A stretch of 63,877 bases of DNA, the filler included, from Reticulomyxa filosa (taxonomy: Eukaryota; Protista; Foraminifera): NCBI GenBank assembly GCA_000512085.1. It is 14 parts of 14 records of this genome, joined end to end, with 100 filler letters (N's around TTAATTAATTAA, not from the genome) between each part and the next. Parts side by side here need not be neighbours in the genome. Positions count along the whole stretch, not along the records: positions 25,850 to 29,123 come from ASPP01001552.1; positions 29,224 to 30,374 come from ASPP01045549.1; positions 30,475 to 33,888 come from ASPP01011627.1; positions 33,989 to 35,880 come from ASPP01022216.1; positions 35,981 to 37,161 come from ASPP01016506.1; positions 37,262 to 42,803 come from ASPP01006871.1; 8 more parts are not named here. One strand, given 5' to 3'. The translations under genes were made by a program, and so were the position numbers. The stretch's first letter is position 1; each line of letters starts with the position of its first letter. Under the pieces are notes generated by a model. That model had not been told where the DNA came from. It saw only the letters and a list, made by a program, of their open reading frames with translations, and made no database searches. Below, in pieces: positions 28,561-40,265 of the stretch.

Positions 28561-29123
28561 TAATCGGACCAACTAATCTATTTCGAAGACAGAAAGTCTC
28601 AATTAATGAACTTTTTTGTACTAAACACTTTTTTCACAAAGGAATGAAATAAATACTGTACAAATGAATGTACCAATAACTTGAAAATGTTGTACTACAT
28701 AATTTGTATGTACATGAACGTATGATTATTTGTAGATTGATTACAGGAAAAGTGAGACTGAATGATTTTCTCTTTAAAATTAAAGGGACTAATACAACAG
28801 ACTGTAAATAGAATAAGATAATGTTGATGAAATGCCAACACTATGAAATATTCAGGTACATGGATGCAGTGTGAAAGTATCGTCAGTGTTTTCAATTTAC
28901 AATATTAAACTTAAAAAGTTTGATAATAGGATACAAAAGATGGGAACATGAAGTAATAATCAAAATTGTCAAGCAAATATCAAAATTTGTCTTGAATACT
29001 GGTAGAAGACAAAACTCAAATACTACAATGACCTTATATCAGATTGATTTCACATATGCGAATGTGTTACCATGCTATTACATAACAATAAGCAAATTAT
29101 ACAGTATGTTGCAAAGAAAACTG

Positions 29124-29223
29124 NNNNNNNNNNNNNNNNNNNNNNNNNNNNNNNNNNNNNNNNNNNNTTAATTAATTAANNNNNNNNNNNNNNNNNNNNN
29201 NNNNNNNNNNNNNNNNNNNNNNN
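29124..29223. other. Artificial contig spacer
   Basis: Same 100-bp spacer. Confidence 0.97.
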
Positions 29224-29900
29224 GAGCAATGTGACAGTCACCAAGTTTGTGATTGTGGGACTTGACCAAGAGTCGCTCCTCGATATTCGTCTTCGACCAA
29301 CCGACGACTCGGAAGCCAACTTTTCATTTGCACTGCCTCGCGAGTTTAAGGCGGGAGGGGACATGCTATTCCGCACGTGGCACGCGCAGAGTCTATGCGA
29401 CAAGCAGGATGCGTCAAAAGTCGATCAGCTTCCGCTACTGTTGGATGTCGTTGTCGTCGTCGCAAACGTACGAGCCTTCGGCCATTTCGCTATTGTGTGG
29501 GCCTGACCAACATAGTGCGACGGATGGCAACGTGGCAATGGTGTGCGAACTCACGACAAGCAAGCTTTATCACAATCAATGGACGTGCGAAATCCAATTC
29601 TTCACGTATACGGACATCATAGCCCAATCGCAATGGAAGAAAGGACATGACTCGTCTCGAATTGGTGAAACAGCTGTGAACGCGATGAAGGAGCAGAAAT
29701 GAAGAACGACAAAGCCGAGCACGGACGCGTAAAAAATGCGTAGTGGTGAATTTCGTTGACGTGTGACTATCCGGCGATCGAGTTTGAATCTGGGAAGAGA
29801 CGTGTGTCGTGCGCTATCTCGCAATGTGAAGTTATCCAATGAAAACATTATTGGAATTGAGTTTGGATAGTTGGCGTCATAATGCAGCATTGACGAAACT
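29224..29900 (+). pseudogene. Frameshifted coding-like fragment, family unknown
   Basis: GC-richer stretch with overlapping protein-like ORFs 29231-29506 and 29253-29702 in different frames. Confidence 0.3.
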
Positions 29901-30189
29901 GTACGAGGAAAGACATATTTTCAAAGTTAGCTTTAATTTATTTGTTTATATTTATTCTTGCATTGTTTTAATTTCATCTTATTCACTCTAGTACGCTCCC
30001 GAATACAATTTTCGTTGTGGAATAATCTAGGGCCAGTGGTATAGTTTTTATTTATTTGCTTTTGGAAAAAAACAAAAAAAAGTCCTTGATTATTATTGGA
30101 TTTTGTTTTTGATGTTAGAAAGCAACAACGATAACGATTTCGATGACGAAGACGAGACAACAACACTTTCGCAAGCGTCATAACCAAAA

Positions 30190-30374
30190 ATCCAATTCAA
30201 GATTGGAGACTACGTGTAAAGTTATCTCGAGGAAAAAGTAAAAGTAGTGAAGTGCATTGGAGAAACCGATTTGATGAAAGGAAATATCACCGATTTAAGA
30301 GTTGGACACATGGAACCTTTACGACACAATGGCACAGCGTGAGGGAAAAGAAACATATTGAGGCCAATGTATGT
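30190..30374 (+). pseudogene. Degenerate CAP-Gly domain remnant
   Basis: Across indels it reads IGDYV / KLSRGK / VVKCIGETDL / ELDTW / HNGT..GK, following the CAP-Gly pattern G.VRY.G.T.F..G...GVELD...G.HDG...G.RYF. Confidence 0.5.
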
Positions 30375-30474
30375 NNNNNNNNNNNNNNNNNNNNNNNNNN
30401 NNNNNNNNNNNNNNNNNNTTAATTAATTAANNNNNNNNNNNNNNNNNNNNNNNNNNNNNNNNNNNNNNNNNNNN
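30375..30474. other. Artificial contig spacer
   Basis: Same 100-bp spacer. Confidence 0.97.
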
Positions 30475-30492
30475 TTTTTTTTTTTTAAATAC

Positions 30493-31350
30493 CAGTCACA
30501 TAGCAAAGGATTGCGATTTTGTATTTGTGCAATGCAAATGTAATGTGCTGTATGGTCAGCTCGTCCCCGATCCGATCTGCGATTTGTCGGATGAACTCGT
30601 TGGCGTGCTCCGGACCCAGATCGTCCAACACCTTCGTGGTGCCGTCGCACTGCAGCAGCAACAGTCCAAAACTGTGCGTCTGCTTGGAGATAAAAAACAT
30701 CTCTTGCAACACCGCCAGTGCCGCATTGTGGTTCATGTAGCCGTGGCTGGGGTCACGAGACAGTTCATTTTGCAATTTTGGAATGCGCACAAATGCTTGT
30801 GACAATTCTTCCATCTACATATATATATAATATATATATATAATATATGTATATATACATATATGTATACATATATACACATATATATATTTATATGCTC
30901 ATTTGTTATCTCAAAGTTCATACTTTTTTCAACATTTGCAATTTCAATTTCAACTCGCGCTTCAGCTTTTGAAATTCATTCGGCGTTTCACAGGCTTCTT
31001 TCTTGCTTATTTCTAAAATCATTTGCTGCACTTTCCTACAGATGTTGCTTGGCACAGCCGAATTCTCCGGGCTTGTCGACATTTGCGCGTTTGGGTTTTG
31101 TGGTGATCCTATATATTCTATGCTCAGTGCTGACTTGTGTGATATAGGCTGGCTTTCTTTTTCTTGTACGGGCTCTTCATGCACTATTGTTGTGTCTTTC
31201 CGATCCAACGCTGGAAATTCGCCACCATCTGATTCTTCGCTTGTCGTATTCACACCGAGTGGAAGCGATAGCGTTGTCATTTGTACTTTTGGATCGATAA
31301 TTTTAATGAATTCAACAAAAAAGTCACCTTGTGTCACGGCGAACGTCTGC
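30493..31350 (-). CDS. Coiled-coil plus degenerate GGDEF (diguanylate cyclase-like) domain protein, 3'-truncated by contig edge
   Basis: A phase-0 GT-AG intron (30815-30923) joins ...ELKLKLQMLKK to MEELSQ...NELSRDPSHGYMNHNAALAVLQEM...FGLLLLQCDGTTKVLDDLGPEHANEFIRQIADRI...ITFALHKYKIAILC, which is collinear with the GGDEF consensus. The start codon was not resolved. Confidence 0.65.
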
Positions 31351-31755
31351 CTGTTCTTTTTTGTTTACAAGTAAACAGTTTTAGAGTATATTTGCAAATG
31401 CACAAGAAACAACTTTATACTTTTAACAGTTTGTCGCTAGAATTTGCTCTTCATTAAAGACAGGTCACATAAGATATGTTGGTTGCGACGCTATAATAAA
31501 AACTAATAGTTGCACAACGTTAATTTATTTCCACCTTTTTTGGATTATAAATTTTGTTTAGACAAATTAATCGAATAGAAAGTGTCACTTTAAATGTAGA
31601 TTTCACAGTAACGAAAAGGAGCTTTGTCGTTAAAAGCTCCTGACATTTCCGATTTGTGAAAAGCAAAAAGTTACTAATCTAAGAAAATTGTCTAACCGTT
31701 TACTTCTTTTAAGGCATTTTATCTTTTCTGTATCAAAGACTTTCTCGTAAAAACC

Positions 31756-31787
31756 GTGCAAGGCTGCGTGTGCAAGGCTGCGTGTGC
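31756..31787. repeat. Tandem 14-bp direct repeat GTGCAAGGCTGCGT (about 2.3 copies)
   Basis: Read directly from the sequence. It lies about 95 bp upstream of the ATG at 31881, between divergently transcribed genes. Confidence 0.85.
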
Positions 31788-31880
31788 CAACCTTTGAAAA
31801 AATTATGAAGTAAATCTGTCTCTGTTTTCCTCTCCCAAAGTGCTTATTCGCTAGCTGATCCGTTTTAAATATTTAAAAAA

Positions 31881-32693
31881 ATGGACCCTCTCAATACCAC
31901 AGAAAAAGTATCAAAGAGTTCGGAGACAGATAAAACTGAACAATATAAAAAAGTGCAAACTGTTTCATGCAACAAACTTGTATCAGTTGAAGAAGCAAAT
32001 GACTTGACAAATTCACCTTGTGTGAACACTAGTGAATCCAGAACGGGGGAAAAAGTGAGACTACAGCAAAGTTACATTGAAGACATGCAGCAAATCAATG
32101 AGAATTTGCGAAATCAAATTAAAGTGCGTTTTACAAGCGTGTTTTTTTTTTTTAACTGTTGCCGAAACAAAACAAAAAAAAAAAGGTTCATTTCAAACAC
32201 AAACAACAGATACTCAATTTGGAACTCGATCAATTTTTTCATAAAATTGGTATTCCTCGTTCTTACATCTTCTCCAAAACAAGTCCATCGCTTTCTGATC
32301 TGCAATCAAGATGCAGCGAGTCGGCTGCAGAACACTCCGTCGGACGACACAAAGACGACACAAGAGAACAAAACGTTGCTTTGGCCAACAACGAGCATGA
32401 TAACATCGGAGAATGGACAAATGAGTTCGAGCAAACCGGAAAAGATTATTCCGAAGACCAGTTCAAGCGTCTCATTGATTCCATGCAGCTTCAAATTAGC
32501 AATTTGAAATCGGATAATAAATTCCTCCAAGTTTTATTCTTTTTATTTGTATTTATTTTGTTTTGTTCTTTTTATTTGTATTTATTTTTTTTGGGGGGGG
32601 GATGTAATTTCCAAATCGGCCAATACTTGTTGTTTGTTTTGACAGCATCAATTAAAATGCTGGAAGGAAAAAAGGCACAAAGAAGACACGTGA
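31881..32693 (+). CDS. Hypothetical small coiled-coil protein, 3 exons
   Basis: ATG at 31881; GT-AG introns near 32124-32209 and 32531-32645; heptad-like segments (IEDMQQINENLRNQIK, LIDSMQLQISNLKSDNKFLQ). Confidence 0.6.
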
Positions 32694-33445
32694 TATTGAT
32701 ACCAAACACAATGATAATTTTTTTTTGAGTAAAAAGTGTGCAAGTATCCCTTACTTTTCTTTTTCCTTTCCTTTCATTGCTTTCATTGATCTTTCGAATG
32801 TTTCAAAAATATATGTCCTCTCTTTCAATGATTGTTTTGATTACATTGTTTCGCATGTTGTTGATATTGTTTTTGTCTTTTGGCAAGTTGCAAAATGGCT
32901 ACCAACTTTTTTTCATCTTCTTCATATATGTATCAGTTGATCTCTTTCAAAGGGATTGAAGGAAAAAATCCTGCTGCTATCAACAAAAGTAGTATAACAT
33001 GTGTTATAGGGATGTTTTGCGAAAAATCCCTTCCGAAAGCCTATTCTTGTTTGTTCAAAGAAATTGGAGGTCATACAAACTAGGATAAGTTTGCATTATT
33101 AAAGAAAATGGGGATCATTATTGCAAGATCTAGCACTTAAATGTGTATTCTTTTTGCCAAACTTACTTTTGTTAAAATATCAACAAAAAATGGTTCAAAA
33201 TTTTTGTTTAGTACTTTATATTCCACCTCAAACTTGCTGTTAATTAGTTATTTTTTTTTTCCTTCCCTCTACGCTTGTGCTAAAGCTTCAAAGGGCACAC
33301 GTTTTTTTTTTTGTATTGTCGTTTTGGGGGAAGAAAATTGAAATGTGTTTTGTCGTTTGAATGGGTTTCTTGTAGGTGGTATAAAAGCTGTTAATTTAGT
33401 AATTATTATTTTCGCGCAGAAACAAAAAAAAATACAAGGAAAAGA

Positions 33446-33841
33446 ATGGATAGAATCTGGTCGCCGACCTCTAGTCTCTTAAACAAGCCGAAATTATACT
33501 TTGACACAAATCTGTGTCACTGTTGTGTAAACGAATTAACGCAGCGTTGGTCTCACGACTGTATGGACCAATTGTTTGACGCTCGTTCAATATCTTGGCG
33601 CGACGAAGGGTTCGAAGGTTATCCGGACGCAACGGCATTGAGTGAAAATTGTGGCTATTATGCCGATGTGAATAAGAATGCACATCGGAGCAACACAAAT
33701 TTGTGTCAATCGTTTTCCTCCAATGTTTTTGTCTCGCAAAATGTCGACAATCAAAATTGTTGCGCAGTGCACAACTCCGAAATGTGTGCGCATGGTTGTC
33801 AGTTTGATCATGTTGCATGCCGTCCTCAAAACAACTTGTAA
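33446..33841 (+). CDS. Hypothetical Cys-rich protein, probable first exon
   Basis: A 131-codon ORF starting at ATG and ending at a probable GT donor just before the contig end. Confidence 0.45.
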   Translation: MDRIWSPTSSLLNKPKLYFDTNLCHCCVNELTQRWSHDCMDQLFDARSISWRDEGFEGYPDATALSENCGYYADVNKNAHRSNTNLCQSFSSNVFVSQNVDNQNCCAVHNSEMCAHGCQFDHVACRPQNNL

Positions 33842-33888
33842 TTAATTATGAAATAATCATTATTTTTTTTTTTTTTTTTTTTTTTTTT

Positions 33889-33988
33889 NNNNNNNNNNNN
33901 NNNNNNNNNNNNNNNNNNNNNNNNNNNNNNNNTTAATTAATTAANNNNNNNNNNNNNNNNNNNNNNNNNNNNNNNNNNNNNNNNNNNN
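33889..33988. other. Artificial contig spacer
   Basis: Same 100-bp spacer. Confidence 0.97.
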
Positions 33989-34599
33989 AAGACAAAGAAG
34001 AATATGATGTTGTATGGTGATTGAGTGAGCCACTCTCACATTGGACTATTCTTCCGATATCGTGACTCAATTTGGTAGATGTTGTTTGCTTGTGATACTG
34101 GATTGGGGTTTCGCAAAAAAGAGAATGAAGATAGGAGTGGAATGATGATGCTGAATAAAAAGAAGATTTTGAAGATACCGCTTTGGATTTATTTTAAAAA
34201 GTAAAAATGATATTATGTCAATTTTACTTTCGTTATAAAATGGCTCTTCACATCTGTAAGTGGTGGCTTTGTGCACTCCGATTCATGGACTACTTTCGCA
34301 TAGTGCATCCTCAATGGAAGCTTTTTGATGGGTGTGGCAATGTCAAGCGCAGCCAGTGATACTTATGATGGTAACAACGAAACACAGTCCAGGCCCTCTT
34401 TTACTTTTTTGCCAACTATTTTAATCCATTGGACTGGTATTGTGCTTGCCAATATATTTGAGTACCGCTGCTTTATTCCACGATTTCATTTGGTGCGCAA
34501 TGAGAAGCTAATGCTATTGCACATTTGTTACAAAAAGTAACAACATTGTGTTAGTCGATAATTAGATCGATCATTCAAAAATCGTTCCATTATTTAGCG

Positions 34600-35560
34600 A
34601 ATCAAGAAAAATTGTGGATATTGGTAGTGTGTTGGTGGTGCTGGATCCTGCTGTGTGAACACATGAACAACATTTTATACCAGCAGTCTAGACTCCTCCC
34701 ATCTCCTTTTCCACACAGCATTTGGTTGGTCATTTATATGTACCTGTTTCAAATTCGTGTCACCTGTCGTTGTAATTGTGTTTGGGTCCATTACTTAAAA
34801 AAGTTTTTATATATACATTTTTTTAAAAAAAATATATGTACATATTCAATAACTAAAGCAAAACAACATCTTTGTACGTATATTGGTTATTTATTTTTAT
34901 GTATGTGATATGTGTTGCTTGAAATATTTTAACAGATATTCCAAGGTGTATCAACGAAGTTTTGGAATACGAATGGATACTTTTTTGCTGTTTATATTGT
35001 CATTGGTGCTGCAGCGAGTTCCCAGCAATGATGGCAATTGTAACAGCAGCCTCAGCATTATCGATTGTTTCATATATGAAAGTAAACGTAGCAACATTAT
35101 GGTCGAATTGTTGCTGACGGAACACAATATGGCAAACATGAAAACCACACTACAATGAACGATTTATCATTTTTTCAAAAATTTATTTGTTCATCATTGG
35201 ACAAATATTTATTAATGATGCGTGCATTAAATATAGATCATGTTATTGCGTTTTGACTGACGTATAGTTTGGAAAATAAAATAGGAGGTCCATATTGTGT
35301 ACTGTGTCTCATGATGAATTGAAAGAGATGAGCTAGTTGTTATCGTGATTATATGTGCAACCTGTATTCCAAGTTATAATGTTTTTTTGTAATGTGATTG
35401 AAATATGTATGACATACACACGTATATAACATAGGTTTGCAAAGAATATAATACCTGTCTATCAAAAACTTGGAAAGTAGCTGTTGTGGTTGCGGTGTCA
35501 AGCAATGATGAAACAAAGTACAAACAATGCCAAATTTATGGCATATTTACTCGCAAGTAT
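34600..35560 (+). pseudogene. Decayed membrane-protein gene, weakly ERD2/KDEL-receptor-like
   Basis: Fragments ISFSTQHL..., RSFGIRMDTFLLFIL and LE..VAVV..QAMMKQ...AYLLAS fall in the order of the ERD2 motifs GISxKTQ, YDxxxDTF and LESVAILPQL. There are many stops and indels. Confidence 0.25.
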
Positions 35561-35880
35561 TTAACGCTTGCATAACATTTTTTGATTGAAAATGTGTCTT
35601 TTTGTGTGAATTGTGCTTTTTTTTTATTTTTCTTTTGATGATAATTGTAATCCACCTCCAGCTCACTTGACTTCTTTGAACCAAATCATACTCATCGTAA
35701 AAAACTTTTGAACTTTAATATTTTAAATCTAAAGGAAAGCGCGTTTGACTGTGCGAAATGGGAATTGATTCTTGTCACTATTTGCAAAAAACTTCAGGTA
35801 ATGTCTTATTGCCGTCATGTAGGTGTACATGAAAAGAAGAATACGTATAACATGAAGATAATAAAGACAATTGCGAGAAA

Positions 35881-35980
35881 NNNNNNNNNNNNNNNNNNNN
35901 NNNNNNNNNNNNNNNNNNNNNNNNTTAATTAATTAANNNNNNNNNNNNNNNNNNNNNNNNNNNNNNNNNNNNNNNNNNNN
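35881..35980. other. Artificial contig spacer
   Basis: Same 100-bp spacer. Confidence 0.97.
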
Positions 35981-36019
35981 AAAAAAAAAAAAAAAAAACA
36001 CAAAAAAAAAAAAAAAAAA

Positions 36020-36695
36020 AAACAGAGCCTTTTGGAAAGGAAAAGCTCGCCCCCAATCCCCTCCTCCTCCTTCTACCTCTCTTAACTTTTTTGGACGAAG
36101 GAATGAAGGTACTATTTGATGCGGAAGACTGGATTGCGAAAGAGTCGGCATGTTGGAAAGGTCTTTTCCGCGGGTGTGAGTGCGTGTGATAAAGTGGCAA
36201 GGAATCGCTAGTACTCAGATTAGGGTTACGGTAATGATACGTCCCCGGAGCTGCTTCCACCGTGCTCGTGTTCTCATTATTATATGTGAGGACTTTTGCA
36301 CTCGGAATTGCTTTCGTCGACGCTTTTTGGTTGTCCCTGACTTTTTCTTCTTGCTCGTTCCATTGTGTCTGCACCAACCACCAATAGCCCACCCCCCCCC
36401 CGTTCCGTCATGCAGTGACAAAACATATGCTTAAGACTTACACAAGAAATTAAAGAAAAAAAAGAAGAAGAGAAAGATAGAGAGAGAGAGAAAGAGAGAG
36501 AAAGAGAGAGGACGGAAAGAAAACAAAACCAAAAAAAAAGATACAAACTGATAAAAGTTGGATAATACGATTGATATACTTGTCCTTGGTTTGCTGCAAC
36601 CATTCAACATCTCCAAATTCTTGTAATTTGGTTTCCAAATCAGCCAAGCTGCATTGACTTAGAGACATTTGAAGCTTACTGTTGTTAGACGCCAT
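36020..36695 (-). CDS. Hypothetical protein 5' part with basic NLS-like motifs
   Basis: Two exons (about 36695-36548 and 36415-36020) flank a CT-rich intron. Basic motifs PRKRP and KKVKRGRRRRR. Confidence 0.5.
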
Positions 36696-37161
36696 TTCCC
36701 GAATGTAGAGAGAAAAAAAAAGCCAAAGAAGACCGGTTCTAAGCACTTTTGCACTGGACCACGCCGGGTCCATAGAAGATATCACAATACAATTTGTCTT
36801 GTTTTATTTTACAAAAATAGTATTAATATATTTGAAACTACGCTTTTAAATTTAAAACTTGGAAAAATACTTTAATAGTTTAATAAACTTTAATATGATT
36901 ACACCAGAGAAGGTAACTATTTTTGGGATAGCATATGGCACTAGAATTAGCAAAGTTGAACAGCACATTTAAACACAACTGAAATGCTTGTGATAATTGT
37001 TTTGTACCTTTTCCAAGTAACTTTATGAAACTATTGGCAGCAGATTATTTTGTTTTAAAATTTGTATTCGAAGTTAAAAAAAAAAAAAAAAAAAATGAAG
37101 AATGAATGTCTTGCACCAAGAAATGTTGATACTACGATAGATTGTGCATTTCTTTTTTTTT

Positions 37162-37261
37162 NNNNNNNNNNNNNNNNNNNNNNNNNNNNNNNNNNNNNNN
37201 NNNNNTTAATTAATTAANNNNNNNNNNNNNNNNNNNNNNNNNNNNNNNNNNNNNNNNNNNN
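37162..37261. other. Artificial contig spacer
   Basis: Same 100-bp spacer. Confidence 0.97.
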
Positions 37262-37277
37262 AAAAAAAAAAAAAAAA

Positions 37278-37763
37278 TTACGGTGTTTGTGTTGACGCTG
37301 CATTGTTGTCACTCATATTCTTGATGTACTCATTCACATCTCGGATACATATTTTTGTGATCGGATACAATGTGTTGGTTTTATGCATATTTTCTTGTGA
37401 TGCTGCTGCTTCTTCTTCTTTTTTCAAGTCCGCTTCAGAAAATTGACTCGATCTTTCAAATGCTATAAATGGACCATTGTTTTTACCCTTCCCAAACTTC
37501 CCCAACCAAGTGTCGCTCTCGAAACCAACAAAATGACCTTCCAACGATTGTGACACGCAGTAGTAGTTTTCTGGGATATCTGCTGGTTTATTACTTGCTA
37601 TGATTTTTATATTATCTATTGCTCTTATTTCATTCAATCCCATTTCTTCCCAGTTTTCTCTTGTTGAGTCTCCATGATACGCTTCCAACGTCTCCAAGTT
37701 AGGTAGTCCAACTGTAATGAAATATTCCACCAAACGACCAGGTCGATTTGGAGATGCAGACAT
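37278..37763 (-). CDS. DENND4-like Rab GEF N-terminus (uDENN start plus MABP domain), first exon
   Basis: RLVEYFITVGL...IDNIKIIA...IPENYYCVSQSLEG...PFIAFER...PITKICI parallels the DENND4 N-terminus (RVxDYFVVAGL...PITDIAII...VPEGYTCVE...FLCYKRG..PLTDIGV). Confidence 0.7.
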   Translation of the reverse strand: MSASPNRPGRLVEYFITVGLPNLETLEAYHGDSTRENWEEMGLNEIRAIDNIKIIASNKPADIPENYYCVSQSLEGHFVGFESDTWLGKFGKGKNNGPFIAFERSSQFSEADLKKEEEAAASQENMHKTNTLYPITKICIRDVNEYIKNMSDNNAASTQTP

Positions 37764-39213
37764 TTATGCCACAAACAAACCTAAAGCTAGATTATTGCTC
37801 TATTCTTAAGAGTTCTAATCACAAAAATCATCAAAACTTCCCCTCCAAACTTTACGTATCTTCAAACCTCTCTTTTATAGGTGAACCATATTTACAAACT
37901 CTATGCTTGTCTCATGCAAATCAAAAATTGAAAATATTTTGACAAACTCTAGCAAAAAAAATAATTTTGTAAAAGTATTTTTGCGTGACTGGAATTAGCA
38001 ATATTTCATACAGCTGAGAAAGGAAAATTTTTTTAAACAAAATTAACATCGAAATAACGGATTTTACAATTCAAAAATATAAATTTTTTAGTTTTCAACA
38101 ACTAGCAAATACAAATGTAAAAGTAGACACCGTATTCATAAAAAACAAGGTATAAAATTCATCCAACGACCTTATTAAAACATTTTAGGGCATAAAAAAA
38201 AATCACAAATATCAACAATTTAAAAATATTTCATTTTTCTTCATGATATACGCTTAAATCTTGACTGTGGAAATTCTGGAACATGAAGAGATCGCAATCA
38301 TTGCCACAATTGCACGTAATCTCCTACACGTCGGCAGCATAACACAAAAAAAGCACAAAATTACGTTAAAACTATCAATTTCATAAAAAATTTGCAAGAA
38401 ATTACAAACTTAAAAAAGCCATGATAATAGCACATTTAAATTAAAAAGTATCTGAAAACATTTCAAAAGACTGCATAAAATTAAAGTGATATTTAAAAAC
38501 TACAAGATTTGCATATATTTTTTAACCAAAAAATTTGGTGTTTTTCATGGATAATCAATTATCTCTATAATGTACCAACTTTCGTTTTTATTCTACTGTA
38601 TTTATAAAGTAGATCAAGAGTTTACATTATACAATGAAAAAAATATATACAATGAAGAAGCTTGATAATCTCAAATTCTAGAATATACTGTAAGTAAATA
38701 TTACAAAAAACATATTCAAAAATTTTAAAATTTCATAGCAATACAAGTGAAGTAGTCATTTTCTTGCAAAATTCACAAAAATTATTGAAAAACGAAATTT
38801 CTGTTAATTTCATTAATGTTTCTAATGATGTAAATTGATAATTCATCGTACTTTTTACTTTAATTTAAAATTTTTTTTGTGATATTGGAACGTGATTAAA
38901 TCTCTTATGCTGTCTTTTTGTCGTTGAATTCTCATTTTAAGTTTGATTCGCAGTTAAACTTGCTTTATTGAGACCACATCGTATTCATTTTTTAAAATAG
39001 AGTGTTCAATTGAATAACTTGTCCTTGAAACTACTTAAACAAAAAAGCTTGCTTCTTCAATTGTTGACATCTTATGTTCATCTACAACTTTTCAAGCGAT
39101 TGAAAAAAAAGAACACATTCAAAGAAATCATAACGGACGTGAGAGTAGGAAAAAGGAGCTGTTTAAGATATTTTGCAATTTTTTTAATTTTAATACTACT
39201 TAGTACAAAAGTA

Positions 39214-40265
39214 ATGTTGTACAACTTACACAAGGTGGGATTTCATACTGGTTTCGAGTTTATTTCCAACCTTGTGGTTAATTTTCTTTGCGGCTTGTAC
39301 TGCCTTTGGTTGTTGTTTCTGGCTCGGCGCTACTTGTGGAGCCCGACAACATTGAGAATGCAGAGCGGATCAACAAACCGAGAAAAAGAACAGCAAAGTA
39401 TTTCCCAAACAGAAATGAAAGACATGAGTATCAGTATTTCCTCAGAAGAGAAAAGAGCACCTTCAAACTTGAAAAAGGAAATTAAGATTGTAGCAACATT
39501 GTACATTTTCATTTGTTGCCTGTATTGCTTTGGAAGTATAATCGAGCGTTCAGCGTACGGATTTGCAAATGTTCCCGGAAAAGCATGTCCTCTAGCATTG
39601 TACGTCGCATATTTGAGAGTGTTTATTGATGGATTGTTCTTTTCTTTTTATCTCGTTCGCGCTACAGTAATACTTGAGGGCAGCGTCTTTGCATTATCTC
39701 TTTGTAGTCAATATTTTTTCGGTATTGCTCCAATAGCAACCTTTGGCACTGTGCTCTTCATTCATCAAATCCATGAAGAACTAAATAATTGTACTATCGA
39801 TGCTATGGAGCGTTGGTCTCTTATCGCCACTGTCATATGTCAATTTTTTTGGAATATTGCCTTGTTTGGATTTTTGGTCTATCACTTACTTCGAGTTTTG
39901 CAAAAGCCGAATAAAAATGTCTACGTATACGTTTTTTTGCTAATGTTCATAGATTGACATATCCGCAAAAAAAACAGGTAGCGAATCATAGCTTTATGCC
40001 CAATGATGGATGCCAAAACGAAGTGAAAGAATATTTTAAAAAATTGTTACGTTTATTTTTGGTGACAGAATTCTCTTCTCTGTCATTGTACATTTTCGCG
40101 TTTACTCCGGCTTTGTATGGATTCGTATGGTCTGCAGCTTCGATTGATCTTTGTGTTAATTGTACAACAATACTTCTGTCTTTTGCTTTCGCGCAATCAG
40201 CTTTTGAACGCATTTGTTTGTGTAAAAAAAATTATTTGAGCAATTTTCTCCCTTGTTCCATTTGA
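39214..40265 (+). CDS. Seven-transmembrane GPCR-like protein, 2 exons
   Basis: Seven hydrophobic segments. Cys at the top of TM3 (ACPLALY) and in the TM4-5 loop (NNC); Arg at the end of TM3 (YLVRA). Intron near 39895-39977. Confidence 0.7.
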
